Shown here: in pieces, positions 25,852-39,420 of the stretch | Layout: each line of letters begins with the position of its first letter | Numbering within the stretch: the stretch's first letter is position 1 | DNA from: Tubulanus polymorphus | Lineage: Eukaryota; Animalia; Nemertea | Direction: 5' to 3' | Assembly (NCBI RefSeq): GCF_964204645.1 | Contig: NC_134029.1 | Span: forward strand, 15,184,950 to 15,248,949 | DNA: 64,000 bases | Made by a program: the position numbers and the translations under genes | The notes under the pieces: model-generated | What the model was told of the DNA's origin: nothing | Databases searched by the model: none | The model's input: the letters and a program-made list of their open reading frames with translations, nothing else

Positions 25852-27140
25852 TTTTTATGGTCGAAGACCATATAGGGATCGTCGTTGGTAAAAATTCTGC
25901 CGTTCACCGAACAACACCCGTAGTATCTCTACTGCCATGGATATAGTCCCATAATGCTGCATCGATATAGAACTGATAATCCAATAAAAAGTTGTCTGTA
26001 ACGCGTCATTTCCTTATATGCATGATCCTAGCAGCTATGAACATCATAGCTTGTTGTACCTAAGGTACAAAAATCGTGATGAACTATGGAAAGTTTTGAG
26101 GCGCACGAAGGGCTCACCATATCAGTGAATTGTCTATATCGGTTTTACTCAGCAATGAAGTGTTAACCCCATCACTATCCTCACAGGTGCTCGCGTACTA
26201 ATACATTCGTAAGTAGTTCATAGATGCTGCGCAGTTCGTGGTTTACGCTGACAGGATGAGTATCGGTAAGGGGGTCTCCGCTGTGTTAGTCATTCACTAG
26301 CCCGGATTTTATTTCTTGAAAGCACTGCGAGTGAAGGATTTTCTTCATGCAATGAAAATTACCAGTAATGCCAGCCGGTATCACATAGGGTATCACGCCA
26401 TTCAATGCTGTATTCTCGGGAGTACCCCATGTGAGTTATAGTACATGTATTAATAGTAGATTTGAGACAGCAGTGCTGTATACACACAGCGAGGCAAGCG
26501 CCTCGAAACACAGGCCGACTCAGATTGACTGACCAAAGATAAACTGTTCGACGCGCGGTACTAGAAAAAAAGATGTAGTGAGATACGCAGGGCTTCCGTG
26601 ATCGTTAAAAAAATGTCCGTTCTCTTTATTTGGAAAAAATTGTACAAGCGTATCTATGCCAAGTCGAGCACATCAGGCGTCAAGCCCAAGGCAAAGGGGA
26701 AAGTTTGAGGATTGTTAGAGCCATTTTAAGTGCATTCCTATGTTACCATGTGGTATTTGGTTAATAAAAATGAACTTCATTCATTGAAGCATCCTACGCA
26801 CAGAGAACACAGTTTCATTGATTAACGCGTGGACTAGACCATTATGGGAAATAGGGGGTAGGATGTCTGGGACGATTACACTATGCTTTTAAGGGAATGT
26901 AGATCCACGCATATTATTATTGAAAAAGATCGTTATATTGTAAGAAACTAAAATAAGAACACTAATATCTTTAGAAAAAAAATAATCAGTTTATTTTCAC
27001 AATTCCTCAAAGAATTTTGTCTGGGGGAAAATGTCCATGATGGTTAAAAGAAACCCTGGAAACACGTGAATTGCTTTCACTAAAACTGATATCTCCCCAT
27101 GCACTGTCTTCGACCATATGGACCTCACGGTCCTCTTGTT
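25852..27140 (+). mobile_element. Helentron-associated non-autonomous element (HINE/DINE-1-like)
   Basis: Inserted in a T-run. Subterminal inverted repeat atggtcgaagac (25857) / gtcttcgaccat (27106), 3' hairpin ggacc-tcac-ggtcc, end cttgtt. Absent from copy B at ~39170. Confidence 0.8.
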
Positions 27141-27364
27141 AAATATGTATTAGGAGATAGTTCATTTAATTCATAACCACCGCACTGAAAATACTAATCA
27201 TAATGCATATAGATTACCTTTCAAATTTCATTGACCAAGATAGAAATTTTATTTTAATTTTACTTCATTTATTGAAAAAATCAAAAATCACTACTCATTC
27301 TATCCGGGTATGTGTCCGTTTTATAGCATATGTATGAATTAATTTCATGTTTATCCATAATAAG

Positions 27365-27990
27365 TTTTTATGGGGGGGGGGGGGCATACTTTATCCACTT
27401 TGTCGTCCGTCCCTCTATATGTCCGTCCGTCTGTCCGCAGTGGTTTCCGTGCCCTACCTAAACCCTTCGACAGATCTTCTTCAAATTCAACAGTTGTGTT
27501 GTACTATATCAGGTTAGTAACTGATTAGATTTTAGGTCCTGTAGGTCCAAGGTCAAGGTCGCAGGAAGCCATTTTGTGAATTTCATTTCTGGGCTCTAAC
27601 TCATTAACGGTTTAAGATAACTTACTGAAATTCTATGGATGGGTTATCCTAGGGACCGTGGGTAACTGATTAGATTTCAGGTCGCGTCGGTCAAAGGTCA
27701 TATATTTTGTTTAGATAAATAAATTCTTGTTTTTAAATTCTATTAATCTGTAGATGGTGGGTTTTTATCTTATTAACTTTGCGAAATTTAATGGATGGGT
27801 TACCCTAGAGACCGTGAGTGACTGATTAGATTTCGAGTCCTGTAGGTCAAAGGTCAAGGTCACTGGAAGCCATTTTGTATTTTTCATTTCCTACCTTCAG
27901 AAATAGATCAACATACGGGTTTATTTTACACTCAGGCGTTTCACCTAATGTTGGGGCATCAGTCGTCTTCAGTCAGCGACATTCTAGTTT
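27365..27990 (+). mobile_element. HINE/DINE-1-like element
   Basis: T-run insertion, gtcc microsatellite, tandem core repeats with aaggtcaaggtc, 3' ggggcat...ctagtt end. Absent from copy B at ~39415. Confidence 0.8.
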
Positions 27991-28330
27991 ATTGCCACTT
28001 GTGGCCCATATAGTCCTGATGCTCAGGATTCGGGAATCACTCTCGCACACACTTAATTACATATTCAAGTAAGATGTCTCGGCGATGCCACACACAATTT
28101 CTCTTGTTTGGTCTATTCCGGAGAAAATACATTTTCTTAGTCTTATTCTTTTATCCATAAATGCATCCCTATGAAACAACATAGTCCAAAACTTCTTGTA
28201 GACAGATTTTATCCGTCTGTGGTTCAACTCATGCGGTTGTCCAGGCTAATCCTCCCACCATAACTGCTTATTTGACATATCTGTTATGCACGGTTGACAG
28301 TAATGACAATTCACAGTAATGACAGTAATG
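27988..28330 (-). pseudogene. Degenerate P2X7-ballast-like (KolX-like) gene, copy A
   Basis: Nucleotide homology to 39421-39760 with indels. Confidence 0.75.
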
Positions 28331-28690
28331 ACAATTCACACTCTGGTCCTTCAGGATTTTGTCCAATCTGAAAGTGCCTTTTGCATTTGCATTTGTCTTC
28401 ATCATTATTGGACTACCAGGATCATGTTCATCTGCTGCTAATTCAGCCATCTTCAGAAACTCTATTGTGCATTTCTTCCCTTGCTGCTATATTCATAGAA
28501 ACCCGTTCTGGATATAATGGTATATTCAGCGTAACCTAAGTTCATGAATTAAAAAGTTAATTGACCATATACCTATTTTTACTGGACTAATATCGATTTA
28601 ATACAGTGTGTAAACATTTCCCAAAGATGATATGATGTAAAGACACCAGCTCATTCCATTTCTCTTACATCTGCGAAGATATTTACAACC

Positions 28691-30102
28691 GTGAGCACGG
28701 CACGTAAACGCTTATCTTTTAAAATTGAGATGCCTGGAGATGAGAGTATTAAAATGTCAATTCTACAGAAAATCCAGAAGTTTCGGGAATGATTGATGAA
28801 AAGTTCTACGACTTCAATTTACAATGCTGTAACAATGCGAGGAGTTGGTTGACGAAAAATTCTCCAGAAACTGACGAGATTAATCTTGCTAATTATATGT
28901 CCACCGATAAGAATAGCGTCTATCAGAAGATATTTGTGACGTGTGAATCCACACTGACGAAGTTGGTTGATATGGCAGGGAATAATGGTCGTTTCTGTGA
29001 AAGTAAGGTGTCCGTTAAGAAGGTCTATTACCATGGACATGTCGCACGTGTACATTTGAACTGTAATTCATGGAAGAGGAAAGCTCATTCATTTGTATGG
29101 ACATCGTCATCATACCTCCCAAATGGGGAATTTCTTGTAAAAGCCTGGATTGCTCATGGGTACTTCTCATCCGGCAATATAGCTACTAGTGCATACCAGA
29201 GCTTAGTTGACGGTAGTGGAATTTGGAAGCTCTCTCGCGAAAGGCTGGCTAAACTACAATCCCTCTACCGGCTTAGTGTCCAGGAAGAACAGGAGGACAA
29301 CAGTTTTAGTCAGGGGCTACTCGAAGAAATTGCATGTTATGAAGTGCCGGGTACTATAGACATCATCCCTGATGCAAGACATGGCTGGTGAAAATATGCT
29401 AAAGATGCAAGCGTTGTGGCAGTGGGTGGAAAATCACATAGTCATCAGATGTGAACATGTCACCAAGGCTGATGATGATGTAAGCCAACGACACGAACGC
29501 CTTGGGACAGAACGGATATATTCATATCTGAGATCAACTGAAGATAATGAGGACTTCGAAATTGGAATCCACTGTCATGACAATAGTGCCACGATCAACA
29601 AGTTTGTTAGAGATCAGGGATCCATCAACCAAAACGACACCTGGCACGAGATAACAAATAAAGTGAGGAAATTAGATAAAATCGGAAAAGGTGCTAAGAA
29701 AGATCACGAAAAACCTGGCATGAACAACTACACGATAAGGCTCAACCAATTAGGACGCACATTCAATGGGCAGTTCGGAATTGCAACCAAAATTAAAAAC
29801 CACTATTGGACTACTTGGACAATATTATATGTCATTATAAAAATCAACACGACTCCTGTCATCCACAGTCTCGTTGCAAAATCGACTCGAATTATGAACC
29901 ATCGAGAGTAGTGATAACCTCCCCTGTTGCCGAAAACCTTCTTAATAAGGGAAACAAGTCTACATATATGTATTTACACCCTGAATGTCTTGGGCAGAGA
30001 TACAAGGACTAGGCAAAGACAGAAAAAATTTTATAAACCATGTACTTTCAATAGCCGACTTATATTTGGCAAAGTTTTGTGAATCATATCTATTCGGAAT
30101 AA
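28691..30102 (+). pseudogene. DDE transposase pseudogene, copy A
   Basis: ORF fragments 28789, 29372 and 29806 match 40085-41667. It has stops, frameshifts and an internal deletion near 30000 that removes the VESFNN (catalytic E) region. Confidence 0.85.
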
Positions 30103-30461
30103 CATTAAAATCAAATCTTTCACGTTGATAATCAATTGTCTTGGTAAAGTTTTCTCTATATGATGCTTGAGTATTTTCCCTACAATCGTTGTTGAATTAA
30201 TCCTTGGTTGGGACATAAAGCTAATTGGCTATGGCTTATCTGGTTTGAAGCAATAACTTTAATAAACTACACAAAACAAACAGCTGAATAGTAAGGTGGT
30301 GGGATGTGGCTTATTCTCTACGCTACTGAAAATCTCAAGTGTTTGCCACCCGGTTAACTAGCCTCCGTACTCCTCGGCCTTTAATAAATATTTTACTCAA
30401 GTTTTCTTCACAGGGGTTTGGCGATGGGCTTGTTTGCCACCCGACTGGCCAATGACACTTG

Positions 30462-31975
30462 CAGGGAGTAATCAGGTATAATCGGACAAGTGAGGGATTA
30501 AACTTTTCTAATTTTACAATCTCCTAACCGGATAGATCACAGCGATTTTTTTTTTCGCAAAAGTGTTTCCACCGAGTGCGCATTCTCTGCTGTATTTGTA
30601 AACAAATGCACGTGGATTGGCTGAACACCGTCGAGAACTCTGTCACTGTAGTGTAGGCCTGCAGTGCCCGCGTCATAGAAGTGTATACACTACTGTTAAT
30701 ACAGATACATACGTGTGTACGGTCTACTACTTGTCGGATGGAAAACCAAAAGTCCAAGGTCATTTTTCTGAAAAGCCTAAAAACGATGAGAAAATGTGAG
30801 GGGGGTAGGGTTTATTTGAAAGTTTGTTGGTACCGGTGGCCGTAAAAGCGCCGCAGACCGGACAACATTTATTTCGTTTTACAGGTAGATTCTATTACTG
30901 ACGTTTAACAAGTGTATCATTTCCTTCTGTTACAATTATCGATCTTTCGGCGATAGCCGTGCACCTGAGTGACGTGACCTCATTTGTACGTGTAGGCTAC
31001 GTCTAGACAGCAGACATCGTTATTGTTCTAAGTTTTTTGAGTCTCTTAATTCTCTGCAGTAATTGAGTGTGGATAGGTCAAAATGAATTCCAAAATAGTA
31101 AGTCGTGCGAGTGACGATATAAAAACTATAGATCGTGATGTTAAAAATCCATGGCAATGGGCATGGTTGGGAGAAAAGGATTGTATTGGCGATGTTATGT
31201 CGATCTATTTAAAGAAAATAGATGCTCCTGGACTTGCATTTTGTTCTTTGTGTAACATGACTTTGAAATATGGAGACTCGGGGAAAAGTGATTTGAAAAA
31301 ACATGCTAAGCGTGGAGACCATAAACGGGCCATTGAGGCCATTCGATCAAACGAACAACTTCCTATAGCTTATCAAGGGGTAGTGCCCCCAGCACTGGAA
31401 AGTGATGAATCACCCGGGGCGTCTAGCTCAAATTCTACGGCGACTCAAAATCAACCGATTGTGTCGGTCCTCGATCGTTTGTCTAATGCGCAAGCATTAA
31501 CCGTTAGTTTTCTGGCGGAACACGTCGAGAGATGAGAACTAGATAATTGCTCGTATCTAACTAGATAATTGCTCGTAGGTCTATTTATAGCCACTAGAAG
31601 TAGTACGTATAGTGAGAAAACATAGCGTCGTGTCTCGAGCGTCTATCCTCAATACAGTCATTCGGGTAGCGCGGTGCGCAGCGCACAATGTTCACTTATT
31701 TAGGGGTTCGACCTCTACTGCTTCAGATGCTGATTGTTAGTGAAATGTGGATGTGTCGCATTGGAAATGGACATTAATTTTAAAATATAGGGTCATCGTT
31801 CATGGGCTCAAGATCGCTCTAAGTGCTCGGAAAACGCTTTTAATTTCAAAAATTTTCTTGGGGGAGGACCCCAAACCCCCAAGGGGTTGCTTCGCGCCTT
31901 CGGCGCTCGCGAGGTGGGGCAGATGTATAACTTTTAATTTTCCGGATTTTTCTTCTATGGTGACTTTCCTCCCTG
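30462..31975 (+). mobile_element. Internally deleted hAT-like element
   Basis: Termini cagggag...ctccctg (imperfect, no clear TSD) enclose a BED-finger-like ORF. Confidence 0.5.
31083..31535 (+). pseudogene. Truncated hAT-type transposase N-terminus (BED-like zinc finger)
   Basis: WQWAWL...AFCSLCNMTLKYGDSGKSDLKKHAKRGDH (CxxC...HxxxxxH). The ORF stops abruptly next to a short tandem duplication. Confidence 0.7.
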
Positions 31976-33195
31976 GTAGCGTTTTCTTACTCGATCAAAA
32001 TGTTTAAAACACTTACACAAACAAGACTTGTTGATGAGTCAAACGAAGTAGAAATTTACCCCACAGAGATCAATTTTTGAAGGATGCTATGCATAAAAAA
32101 ATCATGTTATTTCCAAACAACATTTTCCAATGCATTTCATTTATTTTCAATCACTCATCATCGTACGAGACTAATCTTCCAAAAAGCACGAGCGGGCCGA
32201 TCGCACTGCGATCATTTGATGGAAGGCTTCAACGTTCTTTAATTGAATCCTCCAAATGTTGAAATATGAATGACGGTGGAAAGATCAATATTTCAAAATG
32301 TTTCATCATGTTCAAAGATTCGTCGCCCGGTATGGTGATAAGCACGTTAATACACAATAGATACACGAATAAAAAGTGCGAAAAAGTTTTCAGAAATTGA
32401 TTCAATCATGAAGATGTAAAACTGTAGAAAAGGTGTCCGGGTTGGTGGGTATTTGACGATATTTTGTTTGTAGGTTGGATAGCCGCGAACGCTGATACAG
32501 CGAGTGTAGTGCACACGTCTGGATTGTGTTTACAAACAGAATGGGGAACATGCGCACTGCAAACAAGATGGCTAAAAAACTTGTGAAATGCTAAATTACA
32601 TCATCTGGCAGTAAGCATATATGAGATAAGTATAAGAAACAACAGTATGAGAATTTCACTCATCGACTGCAGGATTATCTCTGATATCGACGAGCTTGCA
32701 AACACACAAATATTTTGACAGATTTTCGTAAACATGTTATTGAGCACTGACGTCTGCCATGAAGATTACATCATTAATATACATATTTAGATAACGCCTA
32801 TGTACGTAGGCGATATTATTGCACCGACAGTGAATCCCACACTACGAATGAACAAAGAAAAGAATAACAGCGGTTCTGCGACGCACATTTCTCCATTACT
32901 AACAACGGACTCAAACCCAAAAACCGGACTGAACCCCGCATTAACTTGGTTGGAAACAAACATCTAAAATGTAATCATATCGTCTTGGCCTTTTAGCATT
33001 ATCGTTGATTCGATTATACGTTATGGTAAATGCAGCTGTCAATCTGCTGTCGTTGTCGATGCCTTGACGATCAATTTCCGTAAGGATGGCGGAAGCCTGT
33101 AGATAACATCAAAAGAGTGTATCGTTTGGATATTGAATGTCTAGCATTATGAACTAGGGCAGAATTGTAAATGTCCGTCGTATACATTGGTGTAG

Positions 33196-33596
33196 CTATA
33201 TCGTATCACTCACAACCACCTTTCAGTAACGCATACGCACGGAGGTGTACGACTTAGAAAATTCAAGTGGAAAGATCATTAAGAGGAAAAATAGAGTGCA
33301 TAGAGATGGTCTTTGACCAGGGTCAGAAGATTGCTAGCGTAACGTCTCCCCACTAGACCACCGAGCTCGACGAAATTCCATTGATTGTTTTAATTACATT
33401 TAACCTCACCTCACCTCACCCTATCCCTAACCCTCTGAAACCTTTTCTCACCCTCTTGAGGCGTTTTCTGACCCTAACATAGAACCTTTACCCTATATTA
33501 GTATCTTATTAGTTTTTTTTTATCAGAGGGCAGCAGAATCGATGGATAGGAACTAGACCTAGCCATCAAAAGGTTGTTGTGAGTGATACGATATAG
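33196..33596. mobile_element. MITE
   Basis: TIRs ctatatcgtatcactcacaac / gttgtgagtgatacgatatag. Confidence 0.75.
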
Positions 33597-33720
33597 TCAA
33601 AACCCGTATATATGTGTTTCAATTCCCATCATTTTGGATGGCATGGTGCAATTTTGCAATGTGTTTCAATTGGAAATATTGATACATTACCTCGTATAAT
33701 TATTATTCGTATAATTGCAG

Positions 33721-33819
33721 CTGCTGTTGACTGCCAGTCTCGATGTTACAATGGTGGATCATGCAATGGTACGAGTTGCAATTGTCAAGAAGGGTTTGGT
33801 GGTCAGCATTGTGGACAGC
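33721..33819 (+). CDS. FBN: Fibrillin exon: EGF-like domain 2 (99 nt, phase 1-1)
   Basis: Acceptor ataattgcag and donor gtaagt. Translation AVDCQSRCYNGGSCNGTSCNCQEGFGGQHCGQ. Confidence 0.93.
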
Positions 33820-33973
33820 GTAAGTATGCACATCCATAAATAATAGTTCATTCCAAATTTTTGAATGAAAAAATTCACCTTACGGACGAAATTACCCGAA
33901 CTTTTGTGTGACGCCAGTGTATACAAGCCAAGTTATGTGAAGAATCTCAACAGACTGGAATTTTAAAAATCAA

Positions 33974-34094
33974 GGGGCCAGTTGCTCAAAAGTTGGTTAA
34001 AGATAACCGGCGGATTACCATAGGAACAATGAAGTTTTAATTGTCACTATGTCAACTATCCACTGGTTAACTCAACTTTTGAGTAACTGGCCCC
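33974..34094. mobile_element. Short Harbinger/Tourist-like MITE; related terminus at ~54648
   Basis: ggggccagttgctcaaaagttg ... caactttttgagtaactggcccc. Confidence 0.75.
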
Positions 34095-34202
34095 AGGTCT
34101 TTACTCAAGAACATGATGGTTTAAGAGCTGGATGATGTTTCATGCATTGAGCTGGTGATCAGGAAATACGTTGACCATTAGCATTAATTTTGTTTACGTT
34201 TT

Positions 34203-34815
34203 TAAAGACAGTCAGGTCGCCCTTCCAACTAAGATTATAACTGGAAGCGACTGATTCTAGCAACTAGCAGCGATCGCCACGACCGATTTTTTTGCCAGTT
34301 GCCGCGACCTGAGCACGTCTACCACTGACACGAAGGTTCGGCGACGTTAAAACCGGCATTAGATACGAGTTGAGTAACATTCCAGAAACGCGTAACATTA
34401 TGTCTAGATTGTTAACACCAATAAACAGAACAGTCTTTACCTTGAAAACAATACCTAATAAGTGATTTTTAAATGAAAAGGATTAACTACTTTTATTATA
34501 GCAGATTGAATTGATTAATCCCGGCAATGAGTCATTAGAATCCACTTAATATTTGCCTAAATCAAGGAATGTTTGAACTAAATATTAAGTCGATAACAAT
34601 AATATGCACTGATAACATGGGCGGCGCCATTTTGAAAAGATCACATGATCAATTGAATCGCACGTTGCAGCGGCGGTCGTAGTTGACCTGAGCAGCGTTG
34701 AACGTTTAAATCCGTTGCTGGCATTCGCATCTTGTTTTTGTTGTAAGCAACCTGAGCGCGGTCTGCAACTAGTCTTAGGTGCGTCGCGTTGTAGGGCGAA
34801 CTGAGTGCTGCTTTA
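34203..34815. mobile_element. Degenerate Harbinger-like MITE
   Basis: Imperfect TIRs taaagacagtcaggtcgccct / agggcgaactgagtgctgcttta and GC-rich subtermini similar to 52701-53442. Confidence 0.45.
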
Positions 34816-35639
34816 AGTGTGAAGTAGCCACAGTGGAATTTAGAAAATTCCAATACAGCCATTCTTTTCGATGAACCCACATCAATGTGCCTGAGACAAC
34901 GACCACAATCGGCGTAAAACCACCGGAACAGTTACGTAGGCCACATATAATACCTTGTCAATGGCTCGTCGAGGGAGGAAGGTCTAGCTCGTTTTGTGCA
35001 GGTTGTGGCAGTCTGCCCCTACACTTTATCAGGAGAACCAAAAATGTTTAATTCCAGTCATAGATAAGATTATATGGTCCATGCCTAATTTTGTGTAGGT
35101 GCAATACCGGAAGAATAAAAGATTCCAATTGCCAGATTGAATCCTTCGCATGATTTTTGCCACTCAAATCTAAGAAATAAACAAACAAGTATGTGCGTTA
35201 ATGGTGGTGGTACGTTGTTGTTAAATTGTTGAATGAAGCCCCTATATACAACGATGCTAACGATGCTGCATAAATGTTATTGTTTTTGCTTGGCTATCGT
35301 GATTTGATGGAAAAGACCATCAAAATTGTTGAAATAATAAATGGTGTCAGGAAAACACAGTAATTGATTATCAATGTAATGATCCATTTCACAAAAGCAC
35401 AATTGTTAGTATTAACAGATGTTTAACGAAATACTTACCCGTAAAAATAAACATAGCCATGCACAGCCAAAGCAAGCACGGTTGGAATAAACGCCAGAAA
35501 TAACGACTTGGAGACCTCGTAGAATGGCGTCCTTGACAGGAAGTTCCCCAAGAGAAACTAAGCCCGGTTTGGAAGTTATTTTGTACCAAAGGAAGACAGT
35601 TTTATATGCGATAACAAAATGGCCTTCCCTGAAGCGAAA

Positions 35640-35980
35640 GTCTATAATAATCAATTGAATTAACATAGAATAAAAAATATTTAATAACAGATATTGAAAT
35701 AATATCAACTAGATATGGAAATAAATTTGCAGCACATTTAGAATATAAAGGTTTAAGAAATAATCATATATCTAGAACATATTTACCAGATAAATTTAAT
35801 AGATTATCAATTGACGATATTGATGATTTAAAATCAGGAATATTTTATTTAATTTATAAAGGTAAAGATGAAAAAAGTCACCATGATATAGATTTTAAAT
35901 GATTTTAAATAGAAAATAAATGGATACTAACAACAAGAAATATCAATGCCCAATATGTAAAATAAATATAGATAAATCAG
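35640..35980 (+). pseudogene. Polinton/virus-like small gene fragments; homologs at ~61240-61460 and ~63480-63640
   Basis: ITDIEIISTRYGNKFAAHLEYKG...TYLPDKFNRL...YLIYKGKD, followed by MDTNNKKYQCPICK. The three dispersed copies are visibly alignable. Confidence 0.5.
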
Positions 35981-36265
35981 CCGCGAAAACATTCAGCCGC
36001 AGTTTTCAAACAGTAACTTTAACAATTACCCATTTTCCTCATCAAATCGTATTACCGATACACAGGAAATTAACTGCTCTAGATTTTAAAGCACTGTCGA
36101 GCCGTAAACATCGACGAATCGACGTGTGTCTCTACATACTTCCGGGGATCAGCTGTGAGTTTCTCCGCATCATGAGAATCAAATCAAGTACAAATGAATT
36201 TATTACTACCAGTGTTTTGGCCTTAGGCTTCGATAAGTTAGTTTAAAAGTACCTATTTTTCTTTA

Positions 36266-38825
36266 GGCGATAGGCGCACAATAGAAATCTGAGCCGCGCG
36301 TTCTTTGAGTGTCACCAATTAAGAGGACTGCTATTGTGAAAATTGACTTTGGGAGGAATATTCCTCCCAAAGTCAATCGATGGAAACTTGATCAAGGGGT
36401 TCGATATTCAAACAATTGAATTTGGGAGGAATATTCCTCCCAAGGTCAAACGAAAGAAAATGGACCTGGTCTGATATTCGAAATATTGTCAAATGTCAAC
36501 TGAAGGAAAATGGACCTGAATCTTAGATTCAAAGTAAATTGATTTAAGGAGGAATATTCCTCCCACCACTAAACGCTATAACCTGAATTTTTAGAAAGAG
36601 AGGTATTGGTGTTTTGGGTATAATTTGATTTTTATTTTTTAAACTACCCAATAAAGCCAGGTAGATTCATGAATTTCGAGTGATACGACACACAGTGTTC
36701 GTGGTAATGAGACGGTATGAGACATACATTATATTTTAGAAAACTGAATAGATTTAGCATTTTCTTTGTCTAACAGCAAATTGCTGTAACTTTCTCGACA
36801 ATCAATTGTAATCAGATTGTAATCAGGCGCTTCTCGATAAACATGTAGAGGGGAAATCGTAATTAAAACACGTGCATAACATAGAAATTAAGTTTTGATT
36901 ATACAGGGAATATAAAAGGACTGCTTACAAATTCACAAGACAGCTGCGATAAATCTAAATAGCTAAATATGGCACGAGTTTAGCTAATTTACGGGTTTAA
37001 AGGTTCATTTTCTGAATCAATGGACGACGTAATTTGATAAATGTATCTTTAAATGGAAATTCTATAGTAATCGATGCAAATCATTTATATTAAGTGTTTT
37101 GTATTGATTAAAAATCGTCATTCAAGGATTAAAGATCATTATGAAGCAGATACATTTCATTCGTGTGGATTCTTCTCTCATTACTAGCGTTAATAGGAGA
37201 TTCGCGTGTCACGCATGATGAAAATAAAAATATTCGAGTCGTATTTCTTTCATTAAAAGGTCGCAAATTAGCCATTTTCCGAGTGTGCATTATTCTCATT
37301 TATACGTAAAAGCGTATTCGGTATGAGGGTTTGTTTCTTTCTTCACTCCTTTATAAACAATTCAGAAATAAGAGTTAATAAGGCGGTTTTTACTCCTAAC
37401 CGAACTCAGTTCCCATACAGTTCAGTTCAAGTTTATATGCATGGGGATCTATGAAATAAGGGGAAATACAATCCAGCCTACTAGCCACTGAACGTTAGCA
37501 CCCAGAAAACGTCAGGAATTTGCAGAGAGAAAACATTATGTTACAAAAATATCGGATAAAATTCATTCCATACGTGCGTTACTAAGCCCAGAACTCCAGA
37601 TATCGGGATGATATGTCTAAGGCAGATTCCTCCCTTTGTGACACAACCATTTAATTACTCATGTGACCATTATGTTTAAACACCTCTCACAATCAAGCTT
37701 AAGATTAAGTAGCCTGCGGTATGAAAGCTTTAGTATTGATTCATATACGAAGCATTATAGTCTTTACATTGAAATTAGTTGATAGAATGCATCTTACTTT
37801 TTCTCGACTCAAACATTATTTTTTGATTGACATACCACGGATTCGGAAACTAGTTGATTAACTAAGCACAAACGCATATAGTCGCTATACTAGTAATTAA
37901 ATCGACTTAAAAATCGATTGATTGTTATTGAAATCAAGAAAGATGAAAAAGACAATCAACGTTTGTATGAGATATATGTTTCGTGTTTCGCGATATTCAG
38001 CATACACCAATGTCCAGTAAAATTTAACAATTCAAAGTTATTACAAAACTTGCAAATTCTGATATTTATTTAGCTGCAATTTTCCCCTAGCCATTTTTCC
38101 GACGTTTATCCAAAGATTGAAATACTTCATTAATACTTAACTAATACTAAAAGTTATCGCATTGGTAAAATAATATTTCAAATTTCAAATAATATTTCAA
38201 AGATATTTCAAATTAAAAGTTCAAATAATTTATCGTATCGCACAGCGAAATCCGTGAAATACATTTTTGATTTACGGGTGCCTCATAGGCCCGTCATCGC
38301 TTGTACATTGTTCATCGACTAATAAATTCTCTTTAATTGAGCAACACTTACTTAGGATTTAATCACTGACTTTCTATAGATAATGAGCTATTCAAAGCCT
38401 AACCCGATAAAATTCAGTGGCTTGTTTTTGTCGGTTAGCTTGTATACCAAGCTTCGCTAACATAAACGATGATGCTGCCCTTTTTACTGAAGTCTTGACG
38501 TATCAAACCATAGATAAATAAAACTGAAAAATTGCTACAATCGGTTTTGCGCATGAGTAATCTATATTGATTTGAAAGGCACTAGTTGACGTGTGGGGAA
38601 ACATGAATATTTTCACAGAAATCCATTTAAAACGATTCCAGTTATTTTGGACTTAACTTTGCAATACAAACGAAAACATGCCAGCGGTAGCAAATCATAA
38701 GCTCTTTAGTGGGTATTCTTAGGGGATCTTTACCGGGGAATTTCGACCATTACCGTGTAGACGAGCCGGTAACAAAAAACCTTTGGAAACAACAAATTAT
38801 TCGCTTGTATGAATTTACGCCACTA
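36266..38825 (+). repeat. Third copy of the composite repeat (homologous to ~10530-13060)
   Basis: Starts gcgataggcgcacaatagaaatctgagcc and is colinear to ...tcgcttgtatgaatt. Confidence 0.9.
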
Positions 38826-38867
38826 GCTTGAACTAGCTTGAATCTAAAATATTTTATATCAAAAGTA

Positions 38868-39078
38868 GGTAACAGGTAAAGATCCCCCCGGTAAATATAT
38901 CCCCGGTAAAAATCCCCCCGGTAAAAATCCCCCCTAGGTAATAATCCCCCCGGTAAAAATCCTGAATAATTATTATAATAAAAATGAATAATTATTACTC
39001 TAGTTTTATAGAAAAGTGGATATGGGGGGATTTTTACCAGGGGGGATTTTTACCTAGGGGGATTTTTACCTAGGTAAA
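38868..39078. mobile_element. Internally deleted copy of the foldback MITE at 14983-15813
   Basis: Same start ggtaacaggtaaa and same ggggatttttacc arrays. Confidence 0.75.
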
Positions 39079-39420
39079 ATGCGTTATCAGCAACCACTTC
39101 AGTGTTGATAACCAAGGTATCAAATTTCACCATAAAGCTCGTGGAGTTTTAACTAGCTATCTAAGTTTTTGAATATATATTATGAGATAGTTCATTTAAT
39201 TCATAACCACAGCACGGAAAATGCTATTCATAATGCATATAGATTACCTTTCAAATTTCATAAAAATCGGTTGAAAATTGACGAAGATAGAAATTTTATT
39301 TTAATTTTACCTCATTTATTGAAAAAATTAAAAATCACTACTCATTCTATCCAGGTATGTTTCCGTTTTATAGCATATGTATGAATTAATTCCATATTTA
39401 TCCATAGTAAGTTAGTTTTT

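Larger units (their letters stand above)
25830..30432 (+). mobile_element. Degenerate copy A of a Kolobok/Mutator-like DNA transposon, interrupted by two HINE insertions
   Basis: Colinear homology with 39130-42012 once 25852-27140 and 27365-27990 are removed. Confidence 0.8.

Noticed and set aside
32425-32455. CPGW-like motif as a candidate fibrillin N-terminal (FUN) exon
   Set aside because: It is in the wrong order (after EGF1), lacks the CC and has no suitable splice sites. The real exon is probably upstream of the window.
33400-33500. Telomere-like ccctaa/cctca repeats
   Set aside because: Short, degenerate and internal to a MITE.
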